From the NCBI GenBank assembly GCA_032718475.1, contig JAUCBJ010007407.1, positions 1 through 64,000 of the forward strand: a stretch of DNA of 64,000 nt. Direction: 5' to 3'. The stretch comes from Nemertoderma westbladi. Its lineage: Eukaryota; Animalia; Xenacoelomorpha. This document shows, one piece after another, positions 41,401-54,119 of this stretch. The translations under genes were made by a program, and so were the position numbers. The first letter of the stretch is position 1, and every line of letters starts with the position of its first letter. Below the pieces are notes generated by a model, which saw nothing but the letters and a program-made list of their open reading frames with translations, searched no databases and was not told the DNA's origin.

Positions 41401-44191
41401 GTTTAGTAATGGCGCCTCCCTTACAGAGTTCTTCTATCACTGACTTAGCCATACTTACGGTGCCTCCGTAAATCAAAGTTAAGCGATCGTACGCTAATTC
41501 GAAGGCGTCTGGTACACCAACAAAGGTCTCTGCCAAACGTTTGGGTTCTCCCGATAATGTTTGAAGCAGGTAATTAAATTTCTCCCTTGATGTAAAGGCG
41601 CACACAGAGATCTGAGATTCAATATAGTCGACGAAAGTGTGCCAATGTTTGGAGCTACCGGAAAACTTAGGTGGTTGTTGCACCGGTAGTCCTTGTCTCG
41701 CTGCGAATTTAGCTATTTCCTCGGCAACGTTCAAAGTTTCGCGTCCTGGGTTGGCAATCTGGCTGGTGTTCTCTCTTCTAGGCGCTTTTCTTTGATACGA
41801 TGTGTTTGTCGATGGTATTGGTCTTTGCGGAACTTTAGGATTTCTATTGTGTTCGAATTCGGAATTTCTCGAACTGTCGGTGTGAACTTCCTCCAAGCGT
41901 TCCTCTATCTGGGCCAACTTGTTGACAACTGGTCTCAGAATGTCGGCAAATTGTTGGGTACTGATCGCGTCCGTTGGTTGTAACGCCCTTTGTATTGGTG
42001 TATTTTGTGGAGGATTATCGATAAATTAATTATCTGAACGCTCATGTTTACATTCGTCGGCCGCTCCTGTTCTAAATACCTCGCATTCCGGGTAATCCGA
42101 CTCGCTTGAAGTACTACTATCACCTGGATACAGTGGTCGACGTGCTCGTGTCCGTTGCGTCGTTCGAATTTTAACATTCCGCTTCGGAACATCGTCTACT
42201 GGTCTCCGTTGTTCGGTAGGCTCGCAGGTCTTCCTCGAAGTCGTAGATTGCGATGTAAACTGGTTAAATGGTCGAGTATCCACTGGTCTCCGTTGTTCGG
42301 TAGGCTCGCAGGTCTTCCTCGAAGTCGTAGATTGCGATGTAAACTGGTTAAGCGGTCGCGTATCCACTGGTCTCCATTGTTCGGTAGGCTCACAGGTCTT
42401 CCTCGAAGTCGTAGATTGCGATGTAAACTGAATCGTTGGTCGCGTAATGGCGTTTGAGTCCAAAGTCCTCGTAGGTCTAAACACAGTTGGGTTTACGTTG
42501 TGCGTGACCGGTTTTGGTGTCGACGGTTGACTCACCTGTTTAGTCGTCATTAATGCAGGTCCGACTAATAAACTACTACGATCCGTTATTGGCGGATTAC
42601 TTACCTTGACCTTTGGAATAGGCGATGATGTTACTCTCGGCGGTACAAATTTGTCCGGAATAACATACCTGTGTTCCATCGCATCATGTATAGGAGATAT
42701 ACTGCCACTACCAGCAATCAAAACAGGTCTTTTATTCGTAATTGGTGCGAACATTGGAGTTACTTGCGGAAATCGTTGACATAAGTCTTTAACCAATTCC
42801 CATTCTCGCTCAGGTGCTCCTACGCTTCCTTCCTTCATTCGTTCCTGAATTTGACGGTGTCTTACCTCTAACTGGTCTAGATCGTGTCCGTCTCGAGATC
42901 TCATCGATCGATCGCGGGCTTGTAGATCCAGATCTTCCTTAGCGTTGGCTAATTCTCTCGCCTTCTTCTCGAGTTCGAAATGAAGTTTAACTTCCTTCTC
43001 GCGTTGTTCCGTCTGTTGTTGTTGCGCCTCGAACTCCGCTAGTCGTATAGCTGATTGAGCCTTTATTTGCCGTTTTTTCATTTCGGCTCTCGCTTCTGAA
43101 ACTAGCCTTTGTCGCTCTAACTCGGCCGCTGCCGCCGCCGCCGCCGCTTGTCGCTCTAACTCAGCCGCTGCTGCTGCCGCCGCTTGTTGTGCAATGTCCA
43201 ACTCTAACTTTTCCATCTCGGCTGCTTCCAACTCGGCTTGTTCTTGCAGATGAGAGATTCTCGCAACATTTGCGACGCGTAGTTTCTCTTCCTCTACAGC
43301 TGCTTGTACCGTCAGCAGTTGAGTTTGTTCCTCAATTTCTCGTTGTTGTCTGTAGTACTGTTGTAGCTGTCGAGAAATTTCTGACGTCGCTATACTTACC
43401 TCGCCAATTTTGCTGCGAATACTCACTAATGATTGGTCCAGTATTCCCGGTGCCGGTTCGATTTGTACGGGTGAAGTTTCCCTCGTATATTCCGGCACGG
43501 TTTCCAAATCGCCGACGTCTTCGCCGCACATACGTAAGTGATCCGTCAGATGTTTCAATTGTCCATCCAGTCGGTACAGTTCCTGTTCTTCCTCGGGCTG
43601 TAATAACTCGTCGGAAACCGACTCACCTAGCAACTGGTCCGCTTGTTCCTGTTGTATCTGTCTAACGGTCGTCTTAAACTGAATCAGTTTCTCCCTAGCG
43701 ATCATTAATTTCTCGAGGATTCTAAACTGTGTGTCCATATCCGGTCTCTGTCTAGCTAGATCTTGTAGACCAATTAGATTATCTACGGACTAATGTACTT
43801 TACTCTGTACTCTAACCTGGAGGGTGTAGAACTCAAACCGAGACATCGGAGCGGTCAACTCGTCTAATATGCGTTGGCCTTCTCCAATACTCCTGGTAAT
43901 ATGCGCCATGTATCCTCCGACGCTTCTAACCACACTTTCCTGGCTTCCTACTGAACTTACCATGTCCGTTTCTCTATGTCTAGGTTGCGGGACCGTTAGA
44001 AAATCCTCAGTCCTGCCGTCGCCTCGTACTACGGCATCCGGTACTCCCGTTGGATGTACTGGTGACGCGCACGGAGTAGGTTCGGTAGGCTCATGAGTCT
44101 TCCCCTGTGGTTCTTCCGCTTCTGACTTATCCGTGTTACATGAGTCATAGTCGGTTTGTGTATTCTTCGTATAGTCTTATTTGTCACTCAT
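35462..44191 (-). pseudogene. gag-pol: Element B gag-pol polyprotein (single frame with a few in-frame stops; main ORFs 42026-43738 and 35507-41917)
   Basis: The 2136-aa ORF carries gag core, LDSAS protease, FYVDDGL RT, RNase H and DDE integrase, closely similar to A. Stops near 44177, 43792, 42026 and 35507. Confidence 0.95.
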
Positions 44192-44988
44192 TTCGGTAGT
44201 TGTAAGTCAAGTAAAGTGAGTGTCAAAGTATCAAACTTACCGTATTTATATCAAAACGGTATTAATTACAGTCATATAAAATTAGCCTACCGGCCGATTT
44301 TATAGCAGATGGATAAAATTAGCCAAGCGGCCAATTTTACAGCAAATAAATGTCACGGAATAAGTATATAATAAAATTAGCCTAGCGGCCAATTTTATAA
44401 CAAATAAATCGGATAACGATATACGTTATCAAAAGGTAGATTAAATACAATAATACGGACTAATTCAGCAATAAACAAAGAAATCGTACGGAATGCATAA
44501 ATACTTGAGACAGTGGAACCCACAATAATTTTAACTAATACGGTAATGCCTAACTGATTTATGCAACTTTTCGAACTCACCCCCTCCAATGATTCTCCAG
44601 AAAAACAGATTCCCAGATACAAACCGGACGTGAACCTTTCCGTTTCCAGCGTTGCGGACGAAGTGCGATTTTCCCAACCAAAGTTGTTGAGTTATCTATC
44701 TCCCAAACTTGCTAAACACGGTCTTGCTCTCGTTACAGTCTAGAAATGAGCTCTGAATCCTGAAAAACAAAAGAGTTAGGTTTTACTTTACAAAAATTTT
44801 GTACCGGTACAATATGGTATTTAAACCCTTTTTGAACACCGGTATTCAATTCCAAATATTTTACACGCGGTTCAAATCAAAATTTTTATTTCAAAATATT
44901 AGCACTTAGCTTATCAAATATAAACTTTTACCTCAAAATACAAAATTTTCAAATAACTTTAGTCCTACCGAACCGTAGTTCAGTAAAA

Positions 44989-44999
44989 CATATTCCTAC
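44989..44999 (-). promoter_or_regulatory. Primer-binding-site position of element B, non-canonical (GTAGGAATATG)
   Basis: Adjacent to the 5' LTR end; exact complement of LTR sequence at 46026-46036 and 31450-31460. Confidence 0.62.
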
Positions 45000-46882
45000 T
45001 ATGCGAAGAGACAGTAACAAAATACCCTGCAATATCCTACTGTAAAGTTTGTGAATCAAATCATAAATCCGACCTTCTCACCAAAACAATAAACTCTAAG
45101 TAAGCGAATATATATATTGCAGTATTTTGTCTCTTATAACCGGTGAGGCAGAAAACAGTCTACGAACGGACAAACTTCGATAAAACAAAATCCCGCGCAG
45201 CGAATCCTAAAATTAGGCTGACTCACTGACGGACTAAGGGCGCTCGTATACCTTGCCGCGGTGTGATTTATATGGTTGGGATAGAGAAATGCTAGCTAGG
45301 TGCAGAGATGTCTAACTAGCGGGCAAAGCGCAGTACAGACAAAAGTTAATTTTATATATTTTGAGGTGTAAATAATTTCTAACGCGCGTGTGTCTTGATT
45401 CTAAACAGTCAAAGTCAGTTTTGCTCCTTCACATATATAATTACTGGGTCCGGTGTGCATTTTACAAATATTCTAATTTTGTAACTTGTAGGTCCAATAC
45501 TCACGAATGATAAGGCTCCTTCCCCTTTCGTGTATTTCCAGGACTCAAATTCAGGCATAAGGTTAATACTACGCCCAGAATTCGGCAATTTAATTTACCA
45601 GGTCCCTAATACTAAGAAGAAATGTGTTAGTTTACTACAGTAGGCGTACAGTTACTAATAGCTAGCCTGGTTTTCTTATCTAGAATTTTGGTTGCCTAGA
45701 TGAGCAGGGCAACTTCCTAACAGAATGTTGGCGGGGACACGGTAGATGTTAGTATCCCTAATAGCCTCAATTTATTTTGCGCCTAGTTGTAAACTGCCCT
45801 ACCGCCTGAATGGTACAATCCTAATTCAGGTAAAACACAGTAACCCTTCTGGCCTACAAGTTCTAATGCAATGGACACCGTTGTACTACAAACAGTCGCC
45901 GACGCACCTATACTTAGCAAGAGTTAGGCGTACAGTTTGCTGCACCCTACCAATGTGTATGCCTTGTACCGGTGTGCCTGCGTCCTATCTGTGTACTAGA
46001 ATCTCTGCCTGATCTCCTCTCCCCCGTAGGAATATGAAGGTCTACTGCGGGTTTTTCTCTGAATTAAGACAGTACGGTCCCTAGATGTAATTTTTTAGCG
46101 CACAGCGTGTCACTACCTCTACCTTCGATCTTTGGTCTTACACTTAGGTAGCAAGGCATTGAACGCTGTCTAACCTTCAGGCGATGGGCGAATAACTCAA
46201 GAATGATATTGCGGGTTGTCTCCTCCTACATTCCTCAGATGTTCCCGTTCATTGCTGGGGTCCGATGTTTAGCCTGCCATCCTGTCCCTTAGTTGGGTTC
46301 ACCGTGGTGAAGCATAGTAAAACAGATAGGAAAAGGGCAGATGTAACAAGTATTTCTAACTTTTATTACAGAATTAAACAATAACTATTATACAATAAAT
46401 GTAACAAGAGTGAAGATAGATAGATAGAAAGAGATAACTAATGAACGAAATCGCACCTTTTATAGCAAATTTGTGCTGCAATCAATCGAGAAAATTCTCG
46501 ATTGTTCTATGAGTTCTAATAGGTTTTTAAAGATAACTATTGGTCCAGCCAATATATAACTTGCACGACATTGGTTACTATCTAATAACTGCAATCCCAT
46601 TGGTTAATCTACTTCGAGCAAATGCAATTTAATGCGGTTAATTTAAATGAGTTGAAACTCTGCACAAAAAATAATTCGCACCTACAAGGATTCGAACTCA
46701 ATACCTACTACATATAATTTCCAACGCTTTACCGACTGAGCTACTGAACCACTTGAATAATCATCGTACAAATAGATATAGTAAATACAAATGAGGACTT
46801 AATGTAGTCTTTTATAGCAAAGTTAATTCGAACAAAATAAAATTTTGAAAATCCACGGCATTTATGAGAATATAATTCTATA
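45000..46882 (-). repeat. 5' LTR of element B (1883 bp)
   Basis: Direct repeat of 30424-32311, followed by the TTAAC TSD. Confidence 0.95.
46667..46752 (-). ncRNA. tRNA-derived Pol III cassette in the 5' LTR of B
   Basis: Copy of 32096-32181. Confidence 0.62.
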
Positions 46883-47519
46883 TTAACTTTTAAAAATAAT
46901 TTTAGTCATGTTCAATGAATCATTAATACAAGGAATTCCAAATAATGAAGTGCTACGGCTACCATAGTACTGGCATTACTAACGAGCTGACACGCCGTCT
47001 TCAGGGAGTGGAGTTTCAATACTGGAGTTACTCAACATAGTACTGGCATGGCCTACTACTGTATATATACGGCCTAACATGTTGTCGATTTGGCCTTAAA
47101 AAAAGAGGCAGGTATTTTTTACACTATTTTGATATTTTGATATGGGGAGAGTTCTATAAATTTTCATTTGCTGCAATTTACTCAATGGACGTAATTGAAG
47201 TCTCTTCGTTAAGCAAGATACTAAATTTTATGGTAGCTAGTGTTTTAGATAGGTTTAGCTAGTAATTTCGACACTGGTTCCGATATCCTACTTCCTTCTA
47301 TAAATATTTTGTAGTAGCTAGTTCTTATTACTATTTGTATAGAAAATGTTCCAGAGCAAGTTAGCTATTCATTTTAAGAAAAAATCACGTTCTAGAACGA
47401 ATATTTTTTGTTCTAGAACATTTTTTAGAAAAAAATCTAGATTCTATTTGAAACGCATGTAATCGTTCTAAAACGTGTTTAAAATCAATAAAAAAAAAAT
47501 TTCAAAATTTTAATTTTGA

Positions 47520-49612
47520 CCATTCCAATCTGTCTCCACCGATCTATTCACTACTAGGATCGGCATGCTGCATTGCAGCTGCATTTTTAAGAATGCTGTG
47601 CCGGCTTGTCAACAAAATTGCACCGCCACAACTCCCTATCACCCATGACATTTGCTAGATCATCCGCATCTTTAAGGCCAGTGTCCTTTAAGATGCGTCT
47701 CAAGAAAGTCATGGGCTGTCCACCATGCTTATTCACTCCATGAGGCTGCCAAAGTACAAGATTATGCACTGGCTGATCCTCACGGCGAAAGCAATGTCCT
47801 GCAAAGCGGAGGCGATTTTGTTCTAGTGTCAAGCTTGGGGGAACCAATGAGACACCTCCAATGTTATATAGTGTCTGGTTGGATATGTGTGCATTGTACT
47901 TGACACAATGAACCCGGCGTAGCATTCTTGTGAATGTGCCATCCAGAGATTTGGTGTCCTCAGCAGTTAGAGCCCAGCATGGACTCCCGTAGAGGAGTAC
48001 TGGAACTACTGCTGCTCTAAATAATCGGACCTTAAGTTTCCGATTAATTCTCGGTGACTTCCAAATCCTGGAAAGCCTATTCAAGGCTGCCCATGCCTTT
48101 CCCTTACGTATTCGAAGGTCCTTGAACATCCTTACGTATTCTGACTTCCGGATCCATGATCCCAGGTAACAGAAGTCGTCCACATGCTCAAGCATACCAT
48201 CCTTTGAGCTTATGCTCATCCGATCAGAGACTTGCTGAGGACTTTCAAAGTTAACTGTCAGAATTTTGGTCTTTCTGGAGTTAATAAAAAGACCAACACT
48301 AGAAGCAGCATGTTCTAATGAGCTGAGGAGCCGTTGGGCTCCCTCTAATGATTCTGAGAGTACTCCTAAGTCATCAGCAAAGTCTAGATCAGTTAGGTAC
48401 TTGGCAGGATTTCCTCGACTTCTGGAGCCAGTAGGTGGAGTTATCATCACACCATCATCATTATAATGATCTAAGGACATGCGTAGAACATAGTCAACCA
48501 CAATAATGAACAAGAATGGTGCAAGTGTGTCTCCTTGGAGGACGCCCCATAACACTTCAAATGGTTCTGTGTCACCGTCAACAGTAGACACAAATGTTGT
48601 CGAACCATCGTATACTGATCTGATTGCTGCAATAATTTCATCAGGAATCCCATATAATGAAAGTATGCTGAACATACATGAGCGAGAGACTGAATCAAAG
48701 GCCTTGAAGAAGTCAACAAAGATAACAGTCAGATGCCTGTCTTTCTTTTTTGATAACTCTTCAATTATCCTTCTAAGTGCCAAAATGGGCTCCATGGTCC
48801 CACGACCTTTACGGAACCCATTCTGATTTCCACGGAGCAGTCTCTCAATGGGATCCCTGATGCGATTTAATAGAATCCTATTGTATAGCTTTGCAGCAAT
48901 CGAGATCAATGAGATTCCCCGAAAAGAACCATAGAGTGTTAGGTTGCCCTTCTTGGGAACTGGCACCAACTTATTTGTTTTCATTTCTTGTGGGACTCTT
49001 GTTGTTCGGTACATGTCTACTATGATGGGATAGATGAGCTTTAAACACTCAGGTATTTTAAAGACCTCAGGGGGAACACCATCTACTCCACTGGCACGAT
49101 TGGTCTTAATGCTCTTTGCAGCAGCCTTCACTTCTGCAAAAGAGATATCGCCAATGGGAATATCTGGGAGTACAGACTCAGACACTTTTACTTCTATAAA
49201 GTTATCAGGCAATACCCTGTCATTATTGAGGAGCTTTTCAAAGTGGGCTTTCCAACCATTGAGGCGATCGGCCGGTGATTCAGCCTTAACCTTGGTGGTT
49301 GGTTGGCTTTTCCGCCCAGTAAGCAGATTGATCGATTTCCATGCCTGGGATGATTGCCTGCTGTCGTCAACCTGTTGGTTTATTAGCTCCTGTAGATTAG
49401 CAGAGTACTGCCTGTTCAGGGACCTAGATGCAGCCTTAACTGCATTCTTGGCCGCTGTAGTCTGTTTGAGTCGGGACTCTTTCTGCGCCTTATGAAGGTC
49501 ATTTCGGCACTTCTGAATTTTGTTGTCAGTCCAGGGGGCCCTTTTCCTGTTTCGAGGGTATACAGGAACTGTTTCTGCAGCTGCTAACTTAACTGCTTCA
49601 CTGATCTATTCA
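47520..49612 (-). mobile_element. 5'-truncated non-LTR retrotransposon (RTE-clade-like LINE)
   Basis: The RT ORF and its upstream linker (KRAPWTD..AWKSI..WKAHFEKLL) stop abruptly at ~49612; no endonuclease domain present. The 3' boundary is approximate. Confidence 0.85.
47587..49212 (-). CDS. LINE reverse transcriptase (C-terminal half of the ORF)
   Basis: FRGISLIS, QNGFRKGR, FVDFFKAFDSV, GVLQGDTLAPFLF, LDFADD, FCYLGS, PVLLYGS, RLRFAGH (RTE-type C-terminus). Confidence 0.92.
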   Translation of the reverse strand: MPDNFIEVKVSESVLPDIPIGDISFAEVKAAAKSIKTNRASGVDGVPPEVFKIPECLKLIYPIIVDMYRTTRVPQEMKTNKLVPVPKKGNLTLYGSFRGISLISIAAKLYNRILLNRIRDPIERLLRGNQNGFRKGRGTMEPILALRRIIEELSKKKDRHLTVIFVDFFKAFDSVSRSCMFSILSLYGIPDEIIAAIRSVYDGSTTFVSTVDGDTEPFEVLWGVLQGDTLAPFLFIIVVDYVLRMSLDHYNDDGVMITPPTGSRSRGNPAKYLTDLDFADDLGVLSESLEGAQRLLSSLEHAASSVGLFINSRKTKILTVNFESPQQVSDRMSISSKDGMLEHVDDFCYLGSWIRKSEYVRMFKDLRIRKGKAWAALNRLSRIWKSPRINRKLKVRLFRAAVVPVLLYGSPCWALTAEDTKSLDGTFTRMLRRVHCVKYNAHISNQTLYNIGGVSLVPPSLTLEQNRLRFAGHCFRREDQPVHNLVLWQPHGVNKHGGQPMTFLRRILKDTGLKDADDLANVMGDRELWRCNFVDKPAQHS

Positions 49613-49614
49613 CG

Positions 49615-50127
49615 GTGGGGGGTAAACATTTCATGGTTTACACGGACCGCCTATCGGGATACCCCATGGCCCACCAATGGCGGGACGACCCCACAGCGCA
49701 ACAGTGTGCGTTTGTTATTCGCAAATGGTTTGTGGATCTGGGAGTCCCGACTATACTCCGGTCAGACCGTGGTCCTCAGTTTGCGGCTGCTAGTTTCGGG
49801 AAGTTTCTAAACCGTTGGGGTGTTGCTTCGCAACCCAGTACTCCACACTTCCCAAGCAGCAACGGACACGCGGAAACAAGCGTCAAACAGATAAAACATC
49901 TGCTCAAAGAAATTCCTCATCCAGACATTAATTCAGAGGAATTCCAAGAGGGACTCCTTGAAATGAAGAACACACATCGCGAAGCGGGATTGTCACCAAG
50001 CGAGATTGTATTCGGGCGACAATTACGCACTCGGGTTCCGGCGCACCACAACCGGTACGCGCCGCAATGGCGAGGACGCGCCGATGAAGCCGACCAGAAA
50101 GCGGAAAGCAGAAAGTTGGCGAGGTAG
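49615..50127 (+). pseudogene. Gypsy integrase catalytic core fragment
   Basis: rve-type D..D..E motifs as above. Confidence 0.85.
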
Positions 50128-50334
50128 TAGGAGTAGAACTCGACGAGATTATCGAATTAAATTCCCATCAGGGCGGTCTTGGTGGCTAAATCGCCGTTTT
50201 ATCAGAGTATACCACGAACCGAACTTCCTAGTACAAGAACCCAATAGTATAGGCCGGGAAACGGATAGTAAATCGGGAAACAGTAATAATCAAAGTGGAA
50301 CTAATTTTGTACCAGAACCAAGACGTAGCCTTAA

Positions 50335-50835
50335 CCCTATCCATACCGGGGGGGGGGGGGGGGGGAACTTTTGGAGACGCACTTTATTTGATTGCTTGGT
50401 TCAAAGCCAAACCACATTTATTGCAAGTGAAATTCCGTTACTTTTCCTAAAATTTATTATTCTTTATCTTAAAACAAAAATTAATTTTCATATTATTATT
50501 TATGACCATTAAAAAGACACGTAAACTGACCTGTCTCTGAAACTGTCATATTATTGCTGAACTATTGTAGGAGGGAAATTTAAAATTCAATCAATTTAAT
50601 ATAAATTTAAAATCAATTTAAACATAATTATAGGATATAAATATTATATTTGAGCATTAGTGTGTGGCATATTTGAAAAGAGGAATACATTTTGTATCTA
50701 AAACTTTTTACTTTAAAGTAATATCATCACACCACACAAAGTTATATGCTTCCAAACTTTACGTCCCCAAAAGTCCCCCCCCCCCCCCCCCCCCCTGGTA
50801 GTTTGAGCGTCTAAAGTACCCCGGTATGGATAGGG
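50335..50835. mobile_element. piggyBac-type MITE (501 bp)
   Basis: 17-bp TIR ccctatccataccgggg / ccccggtatggataggg flanked by TTAA (50331-50334 and 50836-50839). Confidence 0.9.
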
Positions 50836-53800
50836 TTAAGGAGCGTAAAGAAACTGTACATTTCGGGTCTACAACAGTTCATTTTATAGAAAAAAATAGC
50901 AAAAAATTGTAAATGAGAAATTAAGTGAGATAAATTGATATCCAACAATTGTAAACATTGGATTTCAAAACTGAAAGTAACTTAATATAAAATACATATA
51001 ACTATTCGTATGAGGTACGATCGCAATAGGCATTTTTAAAATGGGCAAGATTAGCCTATTTCGATCGCGAAGGGAAAGGGAGATGGAATAGACCCATCAA
51101 TATTGTATATTGTTGTATGTTGGTGGTGTTATTTGTTATTGTTATTACCATACTCTAGTGCCCTGTTACATGGCCTATATTTCATATACTTATTGTATGC
51201 CTAGACATCGGCCTAGTACAGACTTCAGCACACAGTGTACAGGTGTATAGTGCTGCATGCAGTAGTGCAGTAGCGCACTACATGCTGACACCTTGTCAGC
51301 ATCTATATTTAGGAGCCCGCTTGACAGCGGGATACTTACTGTAAGAATCTTCAGGATACATTACATTGACTGACATACTGACTGACTGATAATTATCTAG
51401 GTTAAGGCACTTCCTGCCTGGCGATTTTGATGAAATTTTGCAAGTACATTGCTTTTGAGGTTCATAATCGCGTTACAAAATTTCAGATCGATTCTATGTG
51501 TGGTATTCGATATATTTAGTTTTTTGACATTGTTTTGTCGCGAAATTAAAAGCAATGGTAAAATAACAGCTGGTGTTCATGATGAAATATGGCTTAATAT
51601 GTTATACACAGTCATAGAAAAACGTGTTGGTTGCCAAGTTTTACTAGTACAGTAGGCTATAAGGAAAGGCAATGTTTACTCACACATAAGCTGTTGGTTT
51701 CTAATGTATTACCCCATAAGCTGATTGCTCTCCCAGTGCTTCCTAAGGGTATATCTACAATGAGGTTACTCACTCTGCTATGTTAGGGGGTGGATCAGGA
51801 GAATGAATTTTAGTTACACAAAGCAGTGTGTTGTGTCCTATTGCAGTCGATACTCACTGTGGATTGCAAAATGTTTTATAGTTGACCTACACTATAATAC
51901 AGTAGTTGCATGTATTTAAGGAGCCCGCTCTGGCCTACTGCCTAACTTAGCAGTAATACCTATATTACATATACACATATTAAAAATATTCTTATTTTTT
52001 TTATTACATACGATTTTTTAGCTGAAACGATTTTTTAGCTGAAGTATTAATAGTGTAAATTAATTTAATTATATTTTAATACCATTACTACATTGGCATA
52101 CTGTAAGATAAGTTTTAATATTTCTTACAAATAGTGGTGCGAGCATAAATCAAATCACGCAAATTTAAAAGAACCGGGTGTGTTGTCATAGCAAAGTTTC
52201 AGTTTTTATTATGTGGGACGAGCCACAAAGTACTGCTGAGAAAGACTGAAAGGTTCAAAGACTGTATGTCAACAATGTTATTATTATTATAGTCTGCGCC
52301 ACAAACAGAATATGCCAAATAATTAAATTAGCAATATAAATTTCAGAAAAATAGCTATCGGACTTGGCTGAAGAAATCGAATTATAATCCACTTAGTTTG
52401 TTATATTGATGATATTATTACTCTCTGGGAATGTGTTGGAATGGGAGATTGTAAATTATTATTGAACAGTAAATATTACATATCCCATAAAAGTCGTCAT
52501 AATTAATTGTGTAGAAAAAACAATTGTTCACCTTCTCGTTTAGATTAATTAGTAAATAAATAAATTAGTTTAGTAGGCCGATTGTATGGTTGTTTAATTT
52601 GCGTTATTATTTTTCGCCGCGACCTAGACTTCTATTAATTGTTAAATCTAATGGTTTTCAAAAAGAAAGGTAACCGTACCTGTACTGGTAAATCTAACTT
52701 GTTATTTATCTGGTTGTGAATCATGGGCATTTTCTTATAAATATTCGGTTGTTAGTGGCAGCAAAGTTTCATTTTTTATTATATATGTGGGGCAAGCCAC
52801 AAAGTCAGCTATGTATCATCACACCATTTAGACAATTGTTTAGTTTAGTATTGGCTAGGATTCTTCCCCCCGGGCTCCTTCCAGCCAGCTTGCTGGCTCT
52901 CTAGTTCATACATATACTTATTGACATACTTATAATATATACTTATTTATATTCAATATATGATTGTTTACATGGATTAATATTATCCCCTCGGGAGTTC
53001 AGCCAGACATGAGCTAATACAGTTATACCAAATAGTGCGTCTATTTGAGTAAACACCATGCCGCCTCTTCCATTTCTAGTATAAGGGATTAAATTCGGCT
53101 GACAGGATGTACATTTAAATGTTGAATTAAACCAAAACTAATAATGGGTGATAGTTGATATTCACACAAGTCCAACTAATAATTATCAAACAATTCTCCA
53201 TGCGAATTTTCAAGGCTAAATAAGCTTGTAGAGATTTCTTTAATTTCATGTTTTATTACGATTGAACTCAACAAAACTCAATGTAGTTACAAAATTTCGA
53301 ATATTTTAAATTAAAAAAACGCCGGGAATATGTTTAGTATACAGTATGTGAGTAGTCCATAATAACTTCGATTTAGCAAATACCAATCATTGATAGATAA
53401 ATAATTTGTAGTTCAAATATACCTTAAAATGAAATTTTGCTGAAATTTTTGTGAAATGAAAAGTGCTGGTTACCTATCTCTACAAATCGGGTGATTCATA
53501 ATTCTTTGCTACGTGTCTAATTATTAATTAAACTAATCATTAGTCTCATTTTAACCGTCTTCCTAGCATGTAGACCAACGATAATGACAATAATGTAACT
53601 ATTAATTTTCGCCAAATTCGAAAATAAAGTGGCTCTAAAAAATTTTCTACTGCTTCATTAGGTGCCAAACGTCAACCACTCGTTATATAACATATTTTGA
53701 ACATTTTCACAAAATATTTTTGAAATCTGCGATATAGTGCCACACCGATTTGTTGTTGTTGCATGGAATGAGCCTGCAGTGGAAATCTAAAACGTCTCGC

Positions 53801-54119
53801 AGGAGGTTTTGTGTTACAAGTCAGTCATGGATGGATCAAAACGACTTCGTAACCTTCCTACAAGCAGTTGTTTGTCTGTACCACGGAATAGGCCTTGATA
53901 GTCAACATTTTCAACGTTTATAGTACACATGTGGAGCATAGTATATATTACTTACATACTGTAATATATGGCACGCAACGTGCCGACTACGTGATGTTTG
54001 TGCATAATTCACTGCCTAATACTGTCACAAACTTCCTTTTAACACGATGTTTCGCACTGTTATAAATGCAGCATTTCCTCTTTCATAAAACTTGTCATTT
54101 TCATTAAATGTCCCTTGAT

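Larger units (their letters stand above)
30424..46882 (-). mobile_element. BEL/Pao LTR retrotransposon copy B, full length with both LTRs; relative of A; defective
   Basis: LTRs 30424-32311 and 45000-46882 differ by roughly a dozen substitutions and one 5-bp indel. TSD TTAAC at 30419-30423 and 46883-46887. Confidence 0.96.
49613..51083 (+). mobile_element. Ty3/Gypsy fragment: integrase core and pol tail through PPT, interrupted by a MITE
   Basis: DRLSGYP, LRSDRGPQF, SSNGHAETSVK, LSPSEIVFGRQLRT. The tail PRRSL|KERK joins across the MITE; purine tract gaagggaaagggaga at 51069-51083 is followed by TG. Confidence 0.8.

Noticed and set aside
51084-54100. Gypsy LTR end and possible host exons in the AT-rich stretch
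   Set aside because: An LTR probably starts at 51084, but its end cannot be fixed without a second copy; no convincing ORF or exon chain follows.
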